Numbered from the stretch's first letter, positions 8,686 through 20,592 are shown. The stretch: DNA of 64,000 nt from an uncultured Actinomycetes bacterium (GCA_963809205.1 CAWEIS010000004.1:87001-151000); one strand, 5' to 3'. The notes: generated from the letters alone by a model not told the origin. Program-made: numbers and translations.

Positions 8686-9593
8686 CGTGGTTCGGCGCGT
8701 GGATGGGTCACCATCGCCACACCGGCGATGACGACCACCATGCCGGCCAGCGTGAGGCCGCTCGGAAGGTCGCCCTGAACGGCCTCGACAACGACGGCAA
8801 CCGCCGGCACCAGGAACGTCCATGAGAAGACCCGGGCGCTCGCCCACTGCGCCAGCGCGACGTAGAAGCCCACGTAGGTGATCACCTGTGCTCCGACGAT
8901 CAGGAACGCGAGACTCAGCCACAGCTTCCCCGATGACCAGTCCGTGTCTCCCGGGCCGGTCGCGGCAAGATACGGGAGCAGCAGAACGCCACCGCAGAAA
9001 AACTGGGCGGTGGTGGCGCCCCAAACGTCGAACGCCGGGTCGCGGACGCTGAGATAGCGCATACCAAGCCCGGCCGCCGACCACCCGAGTGCCCCAACCA
9101 AGCACACAATCACGCCCTCCGCGACCCGCGAACCGCCTCCTCCAGCCGGCTCGCCCGCAACAACCACCACGATCCCACCGAACCCAATGACCAGCCCGAC
9201 GACCCGAAGTGGCGTGAGCCGTTCGTCGAGCACCACTCGCGCCATCACGGCGGCGAAGAATGGCGCCGAGTTAAGCAGCACCGCTGCAACCGCCGCGCCT
9301 GCCAGTCGCGTGCCCTCCGAGATCGCGGTCAGCGTAATCGCCACGTTGCCCGCGCCGATCACCGCGGCCCACGCCCACCCGCGCGCGTCGCGCGGCAACC
9401 GTGCGCCCACCAAGCGAAGCACCGGGAGCATGACCAAGCCACCGACCAGTGCACGCGCCACCGCGACAATTGCCGGACTCGTCAGGTCGAGGGCAGTGGC
9501 GGTTACCGGATACGCGAGACCGGCGAACAACACGGATATCCCCAGCACGGCGGGCACCGGCATGTGCGCGGTTCGCAGGCGCGGGTCGGGCAT
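8682..9593 (-). CDS. DMT-superfamily (EamA-like) transporter
   Basis: 303 aa with about 10 hydrophobic helices in two EamA-like halves. The 3' end overlaps the cadI remnant by 4 nt. The true start may be the second Met (MPVPAVLG). Confidence 0.7.
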   Translation of the reverse strand: MPDPRLRTAHMPVPAVLGISVLFAGLAYPVTATALDLTSPAIVAVARALVGGLVMLPVLRLVGARLPRDARGWAWAAVIGAGNVAITLTAISEGTRLAGAAVAAVLLNSAPFFAAVMARVVLDERLTPLRVVGLVIGFGGIVVVVAGEPAGGGGSRVAEGVIVCLVGALGWSAAGLGMRYLSVRDPAFDVWGATTAQFFCGGVLLLPYLAATGPGDTDWSSGKLWLSLAFLIVGAQVITYVGFYVALAQWASARVFSWTFLVPAVAVVVEAVQGDLPSGLTLAGMVVVIAGVAMVTHPRAEPR

Positions 9594-9681
9594 CGACGCG
9601 GAACGCTACTGCCCACGACACATGGCCGCCGCGGCAAGCCGTGACTAGACTGGCTGGCTACCAGCGCCGCAATGGAGGCCG

Positions 9682-10359
9682 ATGAACCAGCCCGCCGAGC
9701 TCGAGCAAACCACGACGCAGGTCGTCACGCGACGCCGGGTCGCATCAGACGAGCGCGCCGCGCTCGAGCGTCGCGCGCGCAGGCTGGCCTGGGGCGCCAA
9801 CGCTTGGCATGTCGCCGAGTTCGCGATCGCGCTCGCCGCCGGGATCTCGGCCGGATCGATTGCGCTGATCGGCTTCGGCATCGACAGCCTGATCGAGGTG
9901 CTGGCCGGCGGCGTGATCGTATGGTTGTTCACCGGGCGGCGGCGCGGGTCGGCCGAGGCCGAACGCCGGGCGCAGCAGGCGATCGCCGCCACCTTCTTCC
10001 TGCTCGCCGGATATGTGGCCGTCGAGTCGGTGCGAACGCTGGTCGACGGCGATCACCCCGCCGCGAGCTGGGTGGGCATCGGGCTGGCTGCGGTGACTGC
10101 GCCGACGATGCCGCTGCTCGCCCGTGCCAAACGGCGCGTGGGTCACCGGCTGGGGTCGGCGGCCACGGTGTCCGAGGGCGCCCAGAACATGGTCTGCGCG
10201 TACCTGTCGATCGCACTTCTCGCCGGACTCGGCGCGAACGCGCTGCTCGGATGGTGGTGGGCCGATCCGCTGGCGGCTCTGGCGATCGCCGCGGTTGCCG
10301 CGCGCGAAGGCGTCCTGGGATGGCGCGGCGAGGGCTGCGCCGACCGCTGCCGTTGCTGA
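9682..10359 (+). CDS. Cation-efflux (CDF-like) membrane protein, transmembrane domain only
   Basis: 225 aa. GGAGG sits 3 nt upstream of the ATG. Has helices carrying DSLIE and a Cys-rich C-terminal tail (GEGCADRCRC). Family assignment is by pattern recall only. Confidence 0.5.
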   Translation: MNQPAELEQTTTQVVTRRRVASDERAALERRARRLAWGANAWHVAEFAIALAAGISAGSIALIGFGIDSLIEVLAGGVIVWLFTGRRRGSAEAERRAQQAIAATFFLLAGYVAVESVRTLVDGDHPAASWVGIGLAAVTAPTMPLLARAKRRVGHRLGSAATVSEGAQNMVCAYLSIALLAGLGANALLGWWWADPLAALAIAAVAAREGVLGWRGEGCADRCRC

Positions 10360-10365
10360 CGCTGG

Positions 10366-11997
10366 CTAGCTGAGCACGGCGATCGCGTCGATGTCGATGC
10401 GGTGGTCGCCGACGGCCACGATCTTCAGCGTATGGGTACCGGACGCCGGCCAGTTGTGGACGAAGGCGATCTCGCGCGACTCGAGGGTGTCCGCGGCGGT
10501 GCTGACCGTGCCCAGCAGCTCGCCGTCGACGTACACGCGGGCGTGGCCGCGCCCCGACGACCGGGGCGTGATCCACGCCACGCTGCGCCCGGTGAACTGG
10601 AGCGTTGCGGTCGCGCCCGCCTTCGTCGTGAACCGCTGGCTGCCGTCGAACGCCTTGGGCGAGGAGCCCAGCGCCCAGCTGCCGCCGTACTGCAGCGACG
10701 CGTTGTTGTCCTGGACGACCCCGACCTGCCACGCCGGCCCGGCGACCGCGGTGCCGATGTTCCCGGCCGCGTCGCTCGGCTCGATCCGATAGCGATAGCT
10801 GACGCCGGTCAGCGGACGGCGGAGCGACTGCTTCACGCCGGCCGGCCAGAACCGCCGGGCGGCGTACTCCATCGTCTCGTACGGCGCTCCGCCGTTGCTC
10901 CGCTGGAGAACGTTGACGAACGAGTCGGCGCTGACGCTCCATGCGACGTTGACGGGCACGATCCCGCCGTCGACGGTCGTGCCCGCGACGAGCGTGGGCG
11001 TGGGCGCAGTCGTCACCGTCGGCGCGGTCGTGTCGGACACGTCCAGCCGCTCGACCGACCGCAGGATCGTCTCGAAGTCGTCGCTGTAGCCGCCGATCGC
11101 GTAGATCATCCCGTCCGGCCCGCGGACGACGGCCTGCTCGGTGCGGAACCGCTGGAGCGAGGGGACGACGACCCAGCGGTTGAGGCTCTTGGTGTACGCG
11201 TCGGCGTAACCCGTCTCGTACCTCCGCTCGCCGCCCACCTCGAACAGCCGGCCGCCGTCCGAGAAGGCGAGCCCGGCCGCCAGCCGGTTGTCGAACGGGA
11301 ACAGGTCGGGGAGCTTGGTCCAGCTCTTCGTCCCCGGGTCGAAGGCCGCGGTGCAGCCGAATCCGGTCACATAGATGCGGCCGTCCGGACCGCGGGCGGC
11401 GCCGGACGCGTCGATCGCGCACTCGTTGCCCGGCGCGGACGTCCAGGTCTTGGTCGCCGGGTTGAAGATCTCGGTGGACACAGGGCCGTAGCTGTCGCTG
11501 TGCCAGCCGAAGACGTAGATCTTGCCGTCGGCTCCGGTCGCCGCCGCCAGGTTCCGGCGCGGGTCGGGCAGCGGCGTCGAGGCGGACCACGTGTCGGTCG
11601 CCGGGTTGTACGCCTCGACGGTGCGCATCACGCCGTTGCCGTCGTAGCCGCCGATCGCATAGACCAGGCCGTCACCACCACGCGCCAGCCCGAGGCCGGC
11701 CCGCGCGGTCGGCATCGGAGACGCCGTCGTCCACGTGTTGCTATCCGGGTGGTAGACCCGCACCGTGCCGGAGAACGAGCAGTCGAAGCCGAAGTTCTGG
11801 CCGGGGACGCAGTCAAGCCCGCCGACGGCGTAGATCGAGCCCCCGACGGACACCGCTCCGAGATCCGTCTTCGCCACGGGCAGCGGCGCTGCGGGCGCCC
11901 ATCCGTCCGTGGCCGCCACGCTCCGCGCTGCGGTCACCAGACTCGCTGCCAGAACGGCAACCAGGACACCGACGAACGTGGCTCTCCCGCGAATCAC
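10366..11997 (-). CDS. Secreted Kelch-repeat protein with a C-terminal beta-sandwich (carbohydrate-binding-like) domain
   Basis: Repeated Kelch signatures (SIYAVGG, LVYAIGGYDG, KIYVFGW, RIYVTGF, MIYAIGGYSD). The C-terminus ...ARVYVDGELLGTVST...HTLKIVAVGDHRIDIDAIAVLS is typical of actinobacterial secreted proteins. Start moved to GTG 11997, after GGAGGGGG, giving signal peptide VIRGRATFVGVLVAVLAASLVTAARSVAA. Confidence 0.75.
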   Translation of the reverse strand: MIRGRATFVGVLVAVLAASLVTAARSVAATDGWAPAAPLPVAKTDLGAVSVGGSIYAVGGLDCVPGQNFGFDCSFSGTVRVYHPDSNTWTTASPMPTARAGLGLARGGDGLVYAIGGYDGNGVMRTVEAYNPATDTWSASTPLPDPRRNLAAATGADGKIYVFGWHSDSYGPVSTEIFNPATKTWTSAPGNECAIDASGAARGPDGRIYVTGFGCTAAFDPGTKSWTKLPDLFPFDNRLAAGLAFSDGGRLFEVGGERRYETGYADAYTKSLNRWVVVPSLQRFRTEQAVVRGPDGMIYAIGGYSDDFETILRSVERLDVSDTTAPTVTTAPTPTLVAGTTVDGGIVPVNVAWSVSADSFVNVLQRSNGGAPYETMEYAARRFWPAGVKQSLRRPLTGVSYRYRIEPSDAAGNIGTAVAGPAWQVGVVQDNNASLQYGGSWALGSSPKAFDGSQRFTTKAGATATLQFTGRSVAWITPRSSGRGHARVYVDGELLGTVSTAADTLESREIAFVHNWPASGTHTLKIVAVGDHRIDIDAIAVLS

Positions 11998-12052
11998 GAC
12001 CTCTTCCCCCTCCGGAGCTTGACCCCTTATGGCTACCCGGGGCCGGAGTGTG

Positions 12053-12532
12053 TCACTCATCGAACGGTAGCCGCAACCGCCGCGCACGGGGGAGCAGGAG
12101 GCTCACGTCCGACCTCTGAGAGAGCACCAGGCACCGCTCCGCACCGCGCAGCGCGGGCAGGGTGAGCGTGCCGCCGCCGCCGATCGCGATGGCCCACCGC
12201 TCCTCCTCGAGCGCCTCGATCGACCCCGGGCGCAGGCGGCCGACGCCGCCGTCTGCCGTCGCCTCCAGCAACACCATGTCGAAGGCCGGGCGACCGCCGA
12301 AGTACGCGCGCAGCAGCCCCTCGTAGACGTCCGCGTCCTCGAACGGGTGGTGCCGGCCGGCCGGCATGACGCCGACGTCCGTGTCGGCCGCGAAGACATC
12401 GCGGCCGCTGTCCGGCAGCAGCGCCGACACCGACTCCACCGCCTTGCCGGAGCCCACGCAGAGCGCGAACCGCCCGCCGCCGCGCTCGGCCTCCGCCGCC
12501 AGCACGAGGTCGGCGACGTCCTGAGCTGTCAC
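12053..12532 (-). CDS. Short, degenerate 6-phosphogluconolactonase-like protein (Pgl/DevB position in the operon)
   Basis: 159 aa against about 240 aa for typical Pgl. Recognisable remnants are FDMVLLEATADGGVGRLRPGS (compare FD..LLG.G.DGH..SLFP) and TLTLPALRGAERCLVLS. The GDER and DGH catalytic motifs are replaced. Start overlaps the opcA stop. Confidence 0.5.
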   Translation of the reverse strand: MTAQDVADLVLAAEAERGGGRFALCVGSGKAVESVSALLPDSGRDVFAADTDVGVMPAGRHHPFEDADVYEGLLRAYFGGRPAFDMVLLEATADGGVGRLRPGSIEALEEERWAIAIGGGGTLTLPALRGAERCLVLSQRSDVSLLLPRARRLRLPFDE

Positions 12533-13428
12533 CCCGTCGCGGAGAGCAGCGCGTGCTCGAAGATCTCGTCGCCGCCCAGGCGGTCGAGCTCGGCGGCGAG
12601 CACCGCCGCGGTGTCGCGCAGGGGGAGCGCCACCGGATGGTCGGCGACGGACGATCCGCCGGCGACGCCGTAGCCCGCCCGCGACTCACGCTCGACAAAG
12701 AACGTCTCGTCCCCGCACACCAGCTCGACCCGTCGCAGCCGCTTCGCGGGTCTGCCGTCGAGCCCCACCTGACGGTCGAGCCGGGATCGCAGCCAGCCGG
12801 CCAGCAGCCGCGCCTCGTTGCGCGGCCCCAGCACCTCGAGTGCGATCAGCCGGCCGAGCGCCTTGCGCTGATGCGGTGCATCGAACAGCGCAGCGACCGC
12901 CTCACGCCAGGCGGCCGTGCGGGCCCAGGCCAGGTCGACCAGGCCGCCGGAGTGCAGGCTGACCCGCTCGACCGCGTCGATGCCGGCGATGTCGCTGTCC
13001 ACGATCAGGCGGTTCGCCATCCCGGCCAGCGACGCGAACACCGAGTCGCCGTCGGGGATCGCCCCCTGCCACCAAGCGAACACGGGCAGGTCGGGGACGA
13101 GCAGGTACGCAACCGCGCTGGGCAGCGCGACCTCGGCGCCCTCGATCGTCACCTGCTCGCTGCAGATCTCGCGGCTGCCGCCGTCCCAACAGTTGCTCGC
13201 GACCTGCGCCGTCGGCCGGCCCTTGCCGGGGATCAGCATGATCGCGCGCAGCGGCCGGCTGCCGCCGATGCCCTCGAGCACAACACCGGCGCGGTCGAGG
13301 CAGTCGCCGTCCGGGCACCAGATGACGAGGTTGAGCGTCGTCGCCCGGACGGTGGCCTGTCCTGGATCACGCAGCCGGGCGAGCCCGCGCTCGACGTCCG
13401 CCAGTTCGATCCGACTTTCGCCGGTCAC
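12529..13428 (-). CDS. opcA: Glucose-6-phosphate dehydrogenase assembly protein OpcA
   Basis: GTG 13428 overlaps the zwf stop (GTGA) and is in frame with ORF 12529..13905. The 299-aa sequence is VTGESRIELADVERGLARLR...TLNLVIW...LPVFAWWQG. Canonical position after zwf. Confidence 0.8.
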   Translation of the reverse strand: MTGESRIELADVERGLARLRDPGQATVRATTLNLVIWCPDGDCLDRAGVVLEGIGGSRPLRAIMLIPGKGRPTAQVASNCWDGGSREICSEQVTIEGAEVALPSAVAYLLVPDLPVFAWWQGAIPDGDSVFASLAGMANRLIVDSDIAGIDAVERVSLHSGGLVDLAWARTAAWREAVAALFDAPHQRKALGRLIALEVLGPRNEARLLAGWLRSRLDRQVGLDGRPAKRLRRVELVCGDETFFVERESRAGYGVAGGSSVADHPVALPLRDTAAVLAAELDRLGGDEIFEHALLSATG

Positions 13429-14891
13429 GGCCGCCGCCAGCGCCGGCCGTCGCGGGCCAGCAACTCGTCCGCGCCGTCCGGACCCCACGAGCCGGACTGG
13501 TAGATCTGCGGCTGGCCGATACGCCACTGCTCGAGCAACGGGTCGCAGATCTCCCACGACCGCTCGACGCTGTCCTGGCGCGTGAACAGCGTGCCGTCGC
13601 CCTTGATCGCATCGAGGATCAGCGTCTCGTACGCCTCCGGGACGTCGGTCAGGAACGACGAGCCGTACAGGAAGTCCATGTTCACGCTGCGGATCGAGAG
13701 GGTCGGCGAGGGCGCCTTGGCGCCGAAGCGCAGCGAGATGCCCTCGTCCGGCTGGATCCGCAGCACCAGCGAGTTCGCCTCCAGGTGCTCCGAAGCCTCG
13801 CGGGAGAACGGCAGGTGCGGCGGGCGCTTGAACTGCACCGCCACCTCGGTGACCCGCTTGGCCAGCCGCTTGCCGGTGCGGATGTAGAACGGCGTGCCCG
13901 CCCACCGCCAGTTGTCGATCTCGAGCTTCGCCGCGATGTACGACGGCGTCGCGCTGTCGGCGGGCACGTTGGGCTCCGTCCGGTAGCCATCCACAGCGTC
14001 CCCGGCGACATAGCCGGGCCCGTACTGGCCGCGCACCGAGTCCTCGAACGCCATCGGCCGGACGGCGCGCAGCAGCTTGGCCTTCTCGTCGCGCACCGCC
14101 TCGGCCTCGAAGGCCGCCGGGGGCTCCATCGCCACCAGCGACAACACCTGGAGCAGGTGATTCTGCACGATGTCACGGACGACCCCGGTCTCCTCGTAGA
14201 AGGCGGCCCGGTGCTCGACGCCGAGCGACTCGGCCACCGTCAGCTGCACGTGGTCGACGTAGCCGTTGCTCCAGATCGGCTCGAAGATCGTGTTTGCGAA
14301 CCGCAGGGCGTAGATGTTCTGCACCGTCTCCTTGCCCAGGTAATGGTCGATCCGGTAGACCTGCGACTCCTTGAACCAGCGGTGGACGGTGCCGGCCAGG
14401 TCGCGCGCCGACTGCAGATCATGGCCGAACGGCTTCTCGATCACGATCCGCACGCCGGCCGAGCCGCGGTTGAGCTTGGCGTTGCCCATCCGGCGCACAA
14501 TCACTGGGAAGAAGCTGGACGGGGTCGACAGGTAGAACACGTGGTGCGACCCGCCGCCCATGTCCTTGTCCAGGCCCGCCAGCCGCGAGGCGAGATCGTG
14601 AAAGTGCTTGTCGTCGTCGAAACCACCCGGCTGGTAGTGGATCATCCGGGCGAAGGCGGGCCAGAACCGATCGTCGACCGGCGTGCGCGAGTGCGCCTCG
14701 ATCGCCGCCCGGGCGAACCGTCGGAACGAGTCGTCGTCCATCTGGGTGCGCGAATAGCCGATCAGCGCAAACTGCGCCGGCAGCAGGCCTCGTTGCGCCA
14801 GGTTGTAGATGGCCGGCAGCAGCTTGCGCTGCGAGAGATCGCCGGTCGCCCCGAAGATGGTGAACAGCGCGGGCTCGGTCGCCCCACCCAC
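13425..14891 (-). CDS. zwf: Glucose-6-phosphate 1-dehydrogenase
   Basis: FGATGDLSQRKLLPAIYNL, EKPFGHDL and RIDHYLGKE motifs. Start set at GTG 14891, the first start after the tal stop at 14929. An upstream overlapping start cannot be excluded. Confidence 0.88.
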   Translation of the reverse strand: MGGATEPALFTIFGATGDLSQRKLLPAIYNLAQRGLLPAQFALIGYSRTQMDDDSFRRFARAAIEAHSRTPVDDRFWPAFARMIHYQPGGFDDDKHFHDLASRLAGLDKDMGGGSHHVFYLSTPSSFFPVIVRRMGNAKLNRGSAGVRIVIEKPFGHDLQSARDLAGTVHRWFKESQVYRIDHYLGKETVQNIYALRFANTIFEPIWSNGYVDHVQLTVAESLGVEHRAAFYEETGVVRDIVQNHLLQVLSLVAMEPPAAFEAEAVRDEKAKLLRAVRPMAFEDSVRGQYGPGYVAGDAVDGYRTEPNVPADSATPSYIAAKLEIDNWRWAGTPFYIRTGKRLAKRVTEVAVQFKRPPHLPFSREASEHLEANSLVLRIQPDEGISLRFGAKAPSPTLSIRSVNMDFLYGSSFLTDVPEAYETLILDAIKGDGTLFTRQDSVERSWEICDPLLEQWRIGQPQIYQSGSWGPDGADELLARDGRRWRRP

Positions 14892-14928
14892 GCGCAGCCC
14901 GGTGCGCAGCGGGTTCTCGGCGTTGGGC

Positions 14929-16017
14929 TTAGGCAGCGCCGCGCTCCCCGACGGAGCCCAGCCGCTCCTCGATCGTCTCAAGCAGCGAGTCGAACGACTC
15001 GGAGAACGCCTTGACGCCGTCGATCTCGAGCTGGCGGGTGACGTCGTCCAGCGACACCCCGGCCGCCGCGACGTCGGCCAGCGCCCGCCGCGACTCGTCG
15101 AGGTCGGCGTCGACCGTGCGGGCAACGGTGCCGTGATCCACGAACGCGTCGATCGTCTGGTCGGGCATCGTGTTCACGCACTGGGGACCGATCAGCGTCT
15201 CGACGTAGAGCACGTCCGAATACGCCGGGTTCTTGGTGCCGGTGGACGCCCACAGCGGCCGCTGCACCCGCGCGCCGGCGGCCTCGAGCGCCTTCCACCG
15301 GTCGCTCGCCGTGATCTCGACGAACTGCTGGTACGCCATCTTGGCGTTCGCCACGGCGGCCTTGGCCCGCCAGCGGCGACCCGTCGCCGAGCTGCTTGTC
15401 GACAGCGGTGTCCACGCGGGAGACGAAGAAGCTGGCCACCGAGTGCATGTCGTCGATCGGCTCGCCCGCCTCGACCCGGCGCTCCAGGCCGCGGATGAAC
15501 GCCCAGTGGATCTCGTCGTAGCGCTCCAGCGAGAACAGCAGCGTGACGTTGACGTTCACGCCGGCCGCGATCGACTCCTCGATCGCCTTCACGCCCTCTG
15601 CGGTGCCCGGGATCTTGATGAAGATGTTGGGCCGCGCGATGCGCCTCCAGAAGTCCGGAGCGGCGGCGATCGACCCGGCCTCGTCATTGGCCAGGCCTGG
15701 CGGCAGCTCGAACGAGACGAAGCCGTCGAGGTGACCGGTGCCCTCGTAGACATCGTTCAGCTGGTCGGCCGCGTCCTGGACGTCCTTGATCGCAAGCTCG
15801 AAGAACACATCCTGCGCCGACTCGCCGTGGGTCGCGCGGATCGCCTCGTCGTAGTCGCTGGAGTCGGCGATCGCCTTCTGGAAGATGGTCGGGTTCGAGG
15901 TGACGCCGACGATCCCGTCGTCGACCTTCCGGCGGAAAACGCCGGACTCAAGCCAGCTGCGGCGGATGTTGTCGAGCCAGGGACTGGTGCCGGCGGCTGC
16001 CAGATCGTGCAGGCGTG

Positions 16018-16021
<4 letters not shown>
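14929..16021 (-). CDS. tal: Transaldolase (actinobacterial long form), interrupted by a +1 frameshift as assembled
   Basis: ATG 16021 overlaps the tkt stop (ATGA). The N-terminal 220 aa (MTRLHDLAAAGTSPWLDNIRR...FFVSRVDTAVDKQLGDGSPLAG) are in one frame. The C-terminal part (KAAVANAKMAYQQF...RPLWASTGTKNPAYSDVLYVE...) is in the next frame. Coding-strand CTGGCGGGCCAAGGCCGCC would read LAGKAAV if one base near 15364-15368 were removed. Span is 1093 nt = 3n+1. Confidence 0.85.
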
Positions 16022-17995
<1,974 letters not shown>

Positions 17996-18104
17996 GGACG
18001 CTCCTGTCGAGGGGACGGGTACGGGGCTGACGTTACCACCTGAGGCAGAGGAGCAAACGTTCACGGCTGGCACGGCCGCGCAATCTCCGATAAGACTTCA
18101 CCGG

Positions 18105-19072
18105 ATGGCGACGACCCGCGGCGGAATCGACCTCGGCGGTACCAAGATCCAGGCGATCATCGTCGACGACGACGACCAGGTGCTCGGGCAGGCGCGCCAC
18201 CCGACCCCCAAGGACAACGGGCCGCAGGGAGTGGCCGACGGGATCGTCGCCGCGCTCGCCGAGGCCGCCGCCGACGCGGGCGTCGAGCCCTCCTCGCTGG
18301 CCGGCGTGGGAATCGGCTCGCCCGGGCGCCGTCGACGAGCAGCGCGGCACCGTCACCCAGGCACGCAACGTCACGCCCGACTGGACCGGGGAGTTCGCCC
18401 TCGGCCCGGCCGTTGCCTCGGCGAGCGGCGCGACCCGGGTCAAGGTCGGGCACGACGTGACCGTCGGCACCCAGGCGGAGTACGTGCTGGGCGCGGCGCG
18501 CGGGTTCGACGACGTGCTCGGCGTCTTCTGGGGCACCGGCGTCGGCGCCGGGCTGATTCTCGGCGGCAAGATCTGGGTCGGCCGCGGCGCCGCCGGCGAG
18601 ATCGGCCACATGGTGATCCAGCGTGACGGCGCGCAAGTGCACGTGCGGCCGGATCGGCTGCATGGAGGCGTACTCCGGCCGCAAGGCGATGGAGCTGGAG
18701 GCCCGCCACCGGGTGGAGAAGGGCGAGCACACCAAGCTGTTCAAGATCATGGAGGAGCGCGGCCGCGACCAGCTGTCCAGCGGCGTCTGGGCGAGGGCGA
18801 TGGAGCACGACGACCACATGGCGAACCATCTGATCGAGCGTGCCGTGAAGGCGCTCGGCGCGGGTATTGCCTCCGCAGTCAACCTGCTCGACGTGCAGGC
18901 GGTCGTGATCGGCGGCGGCCTGGGCACCAGGCTGGGCGAGCCGTACGTCGAGAAGATCCGCGAGGCGATGCAGCCGCACCTGTTCGTCGACCAGAACCCG
19001 CCCGAGGTGCGACTCTCGGCGCTCGGCGACCTGGGCGGCGCGCTCGGCGCCGCCCTGCTGGTCAAGGGCTGA
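18105..19072 (+). CDS. glk: ROK-family glucokinase, interrupted by two +1 frameshifts as assembled
   Basis: Three successive frames carry GIDLGGTKIQAIIV...GIGSPG | AVDEQRGTVTQARNV...GTGVGAGLILGGKIWVGRGAAGEIGHMVIQRDGA | KCTCGRIGCMEAYSGRKAM...GGGLGTRLG...GDLGGALGAALL. The breaks are near 18324-18330 and 18631-18635. The ROK zinc motif CxCGxxGCxE is present. Span is 968 nt = 3n+2. Confidence 0.85.
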
Positions 19073-19525
19073 TGGCCGAGCCGTTCGGGCTGCACGGCAA
19101 GATCACCGCCACGCAAGGCAACGGCGACGCGCTGGCCGCGCTCCTGCTGGAAGCGGCAGCCGGGCTGGAGAGCGTTCCGGACTGCCAGCTCTACCTGGTC
19201 AGCCGCGACCCGGCTGAGCCGGAGGCGATCTGGGTGACCGAGGTCTGGACCGACCGCGAGGCCCTCGCGGCATCGCTCCAGCTGGATGCCGTCCGCGAGC
19301 TGATCGCCGGCGCGATGCTCGATGGCGTTAGCCGCGACCCGGCCGAGCCGGAGGCGATCTGGGTGACCGAAGGTCTGGACCGACCGCGAGGCCCACGCGG
19401 CATCGCTCCAGCTGGATGCCGTCCGCGAGCAGATCGCCCGCGCGATGCCGATGATCGCCAAGCCGCCAGGGGGCACCGAGCTTCGCCCCGCCGGCGGCAA
19501 GGGCGTCAACCTCGAGGGTAGCTAG
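19072..19525 (+). CDS. ABM (antibiotic-biosynthesis-monooxygenase/Dabb fold) domain protein carrying an internal tandem duplication and a frameshift
   Basis: ATG 19072 overlaps the glk stop (TGATG). [64 protein letters not shown]... is a typical ~105-aa ABM protein. The block [36 protein letters not shown] occurs twice. The second copy has an extra A at 19370/19371. The corrected frame ends at TAG 19523-19525. Confidence 0.7.
19201..19455 (+). repeat. Direct tandem duplication, period 129 bp, two copies at about 95% identity
   Basis: Copy 1 is 19201-19325 and copy 2 is 19330-19455. Hand alignment gives 5 substitutions plus one 1-nt indel over about 125 nt. The antisense ORF 19191..19403 also shows the repeated peptide. 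Confidence 0.9.
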
Positions 19526-20592
19526 GCGAGCCCGATCGACTCGTCCAGATAGACGTCCTGGATCGTGTTCAGCAGCGCGACGCCGTCGGCCAACGGGCGC
19601 TGGAACGCCTTGCGGCCGACGATCAGCCCGGAGCCGCCGGCCCGCTTGTTGATGACGGCAGTGCGCACGGCCTGACCGAGATCGGAGTCGCCCTTCGACT
19701 CGCCGCCCGAGTTGATCAGCGGCACACGGCCCATGTAGCAGTTGACGACCTGCCACCGCGTCCACTCGATCGGATTGTCGGGAACCAGCTTGTCGTAGAC
19801 CAGCTGGTCGGTCTTGCCGTAGCCCGACAGCGCCAGGTAGCCGCCGTTCCGCTCCGGCTGCTTCTGCTTGATGATGTCGGCCTCGATCGTGACGCCCAGG
19901 TGGTTGGCCTGGCCGGTGAGGTCGGCGGAGGTGTGCATGTCGCCAGCGTCGGTCTTGAAGGCCGAGTTGCGCAGGTAGCACCAGAGCACGGTGAACATCC
20001 CCAGGCTGTGGGCCTCCTCGAACGCCTCGGAGACCTCGACGATCTGCCGCGTCGCGTTCTCCGAGCCGTAGTAGATCGTCGCGCCGACGCCCACGGCGCC
20101 CAGCTCGAACGCCTCGCGCACCGAGCCGAACATGACCTGGTCGAACTCGTTCGGGTAGGTCAGCAGCTCGTTGTGGTTGAGCTTGACGATGAACGGGATC
20201 CGGTGGGCGTACCGGCGGGACACCATGCCGAGCACGCCGAAGGTCGTGGCGATCGCGTTGCAGCCGCCCTCGATGGCCAGCTCGACCAGGTTCTGCGGGT
20301 CGAAGTAGGCCGGGTTCTTGGCGAACGACGCGGCGCCGGAATGCTCGATGCCCTGGTCGACCGGCAGGATCGAGATGTAGCCGGTGCCGGACAGCCGGCC
20401 GGTGTTCATCAGCGTCCCCAGGTTCCGCAGCACCGGCGGCGTGCGGTCGGTCTGGACGACCACCCGGTCGATGAAATCGGGCCCGGGAGCTACGATCTGC
20501 GCCGCGTCGATGCCGCTCGCCTGGTAGGAGAGCAGTGACTCGGCCTCGTCGCCGAGCAGCTCCTCGATCTGCGATCCGCTGCTGATGGCCAT
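19522..20592 (-). CDS. fbaB: Class I fructose-bisphosphate aldolase (FbaB/DhnA type)
   Basis: ATG 20592 follows GAGGGGGA. The 356-aa sequence [21 protein letters not shown]...[17 protein letters not shown]...[12 protein letters not shown]...[22 protein letters not shown]...[21 protein letters not shown] is near-collinear with E. coli FbaB as I recall it. It is the C-terminal part of the artefactual 993-aa ORF 19522..22503. Confidence 0.9.
   Translation of the reverse strand: MAISSGSQIEELLGDEAESLLSYQASGIDAAQIVAPGPDFIDRVVVQTDRTPPVLRNLGTLMNTGRLSGTGYISILPVDQGIEHSGAASFAKNPAYFDPQNLVELAIEGGCNAIATTFGVLGMVSRRYAHRIPFIVKLNHNELLTYPNEFDQVMFGSVREAFELGAVGVGATIYYGSENATRQIVEVSEAFEEAHSLGMFTVLWCYLRNSAFKTDAGDMHTSADLTGQANHLGVTIEADIIKQKQPERNGGYLALSGYGKTDQLVYDKLVPDNPIEWTRWQVVNCYMGRVPLINSGGESKGDSDLGQAVRTAVINKRAGGSGLIVGRKAFQRPLADGVALLNTIQDVYLDESIGLA

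Noticed and set aside
9929-12165. Long ORFs (553 aa minus strand, 587 aa plus strand) overlapping the Kelch-repeat gene
   Set aside because: Their composition is extremely Arg/Ala/Pro/Gly-rich with no motifs. The Kelch frame (10366..11997) has clear repeats and a signal peptide. The same applies to many other long antisense ORFs, for example 1859..2881, 2974..4083, 44911..46500, 56433..57626 and 61227..63284.
12057-12698. 213-aa alternative-frame ORF over the pgl-like/opcA junction as a way to obtain a full-length Pgl
   Set aside because: Its sequence is Arg/Gly-rich with no Pgl similarity. The recognisable Pgl-like segments are all in the 12053..12532 frame.
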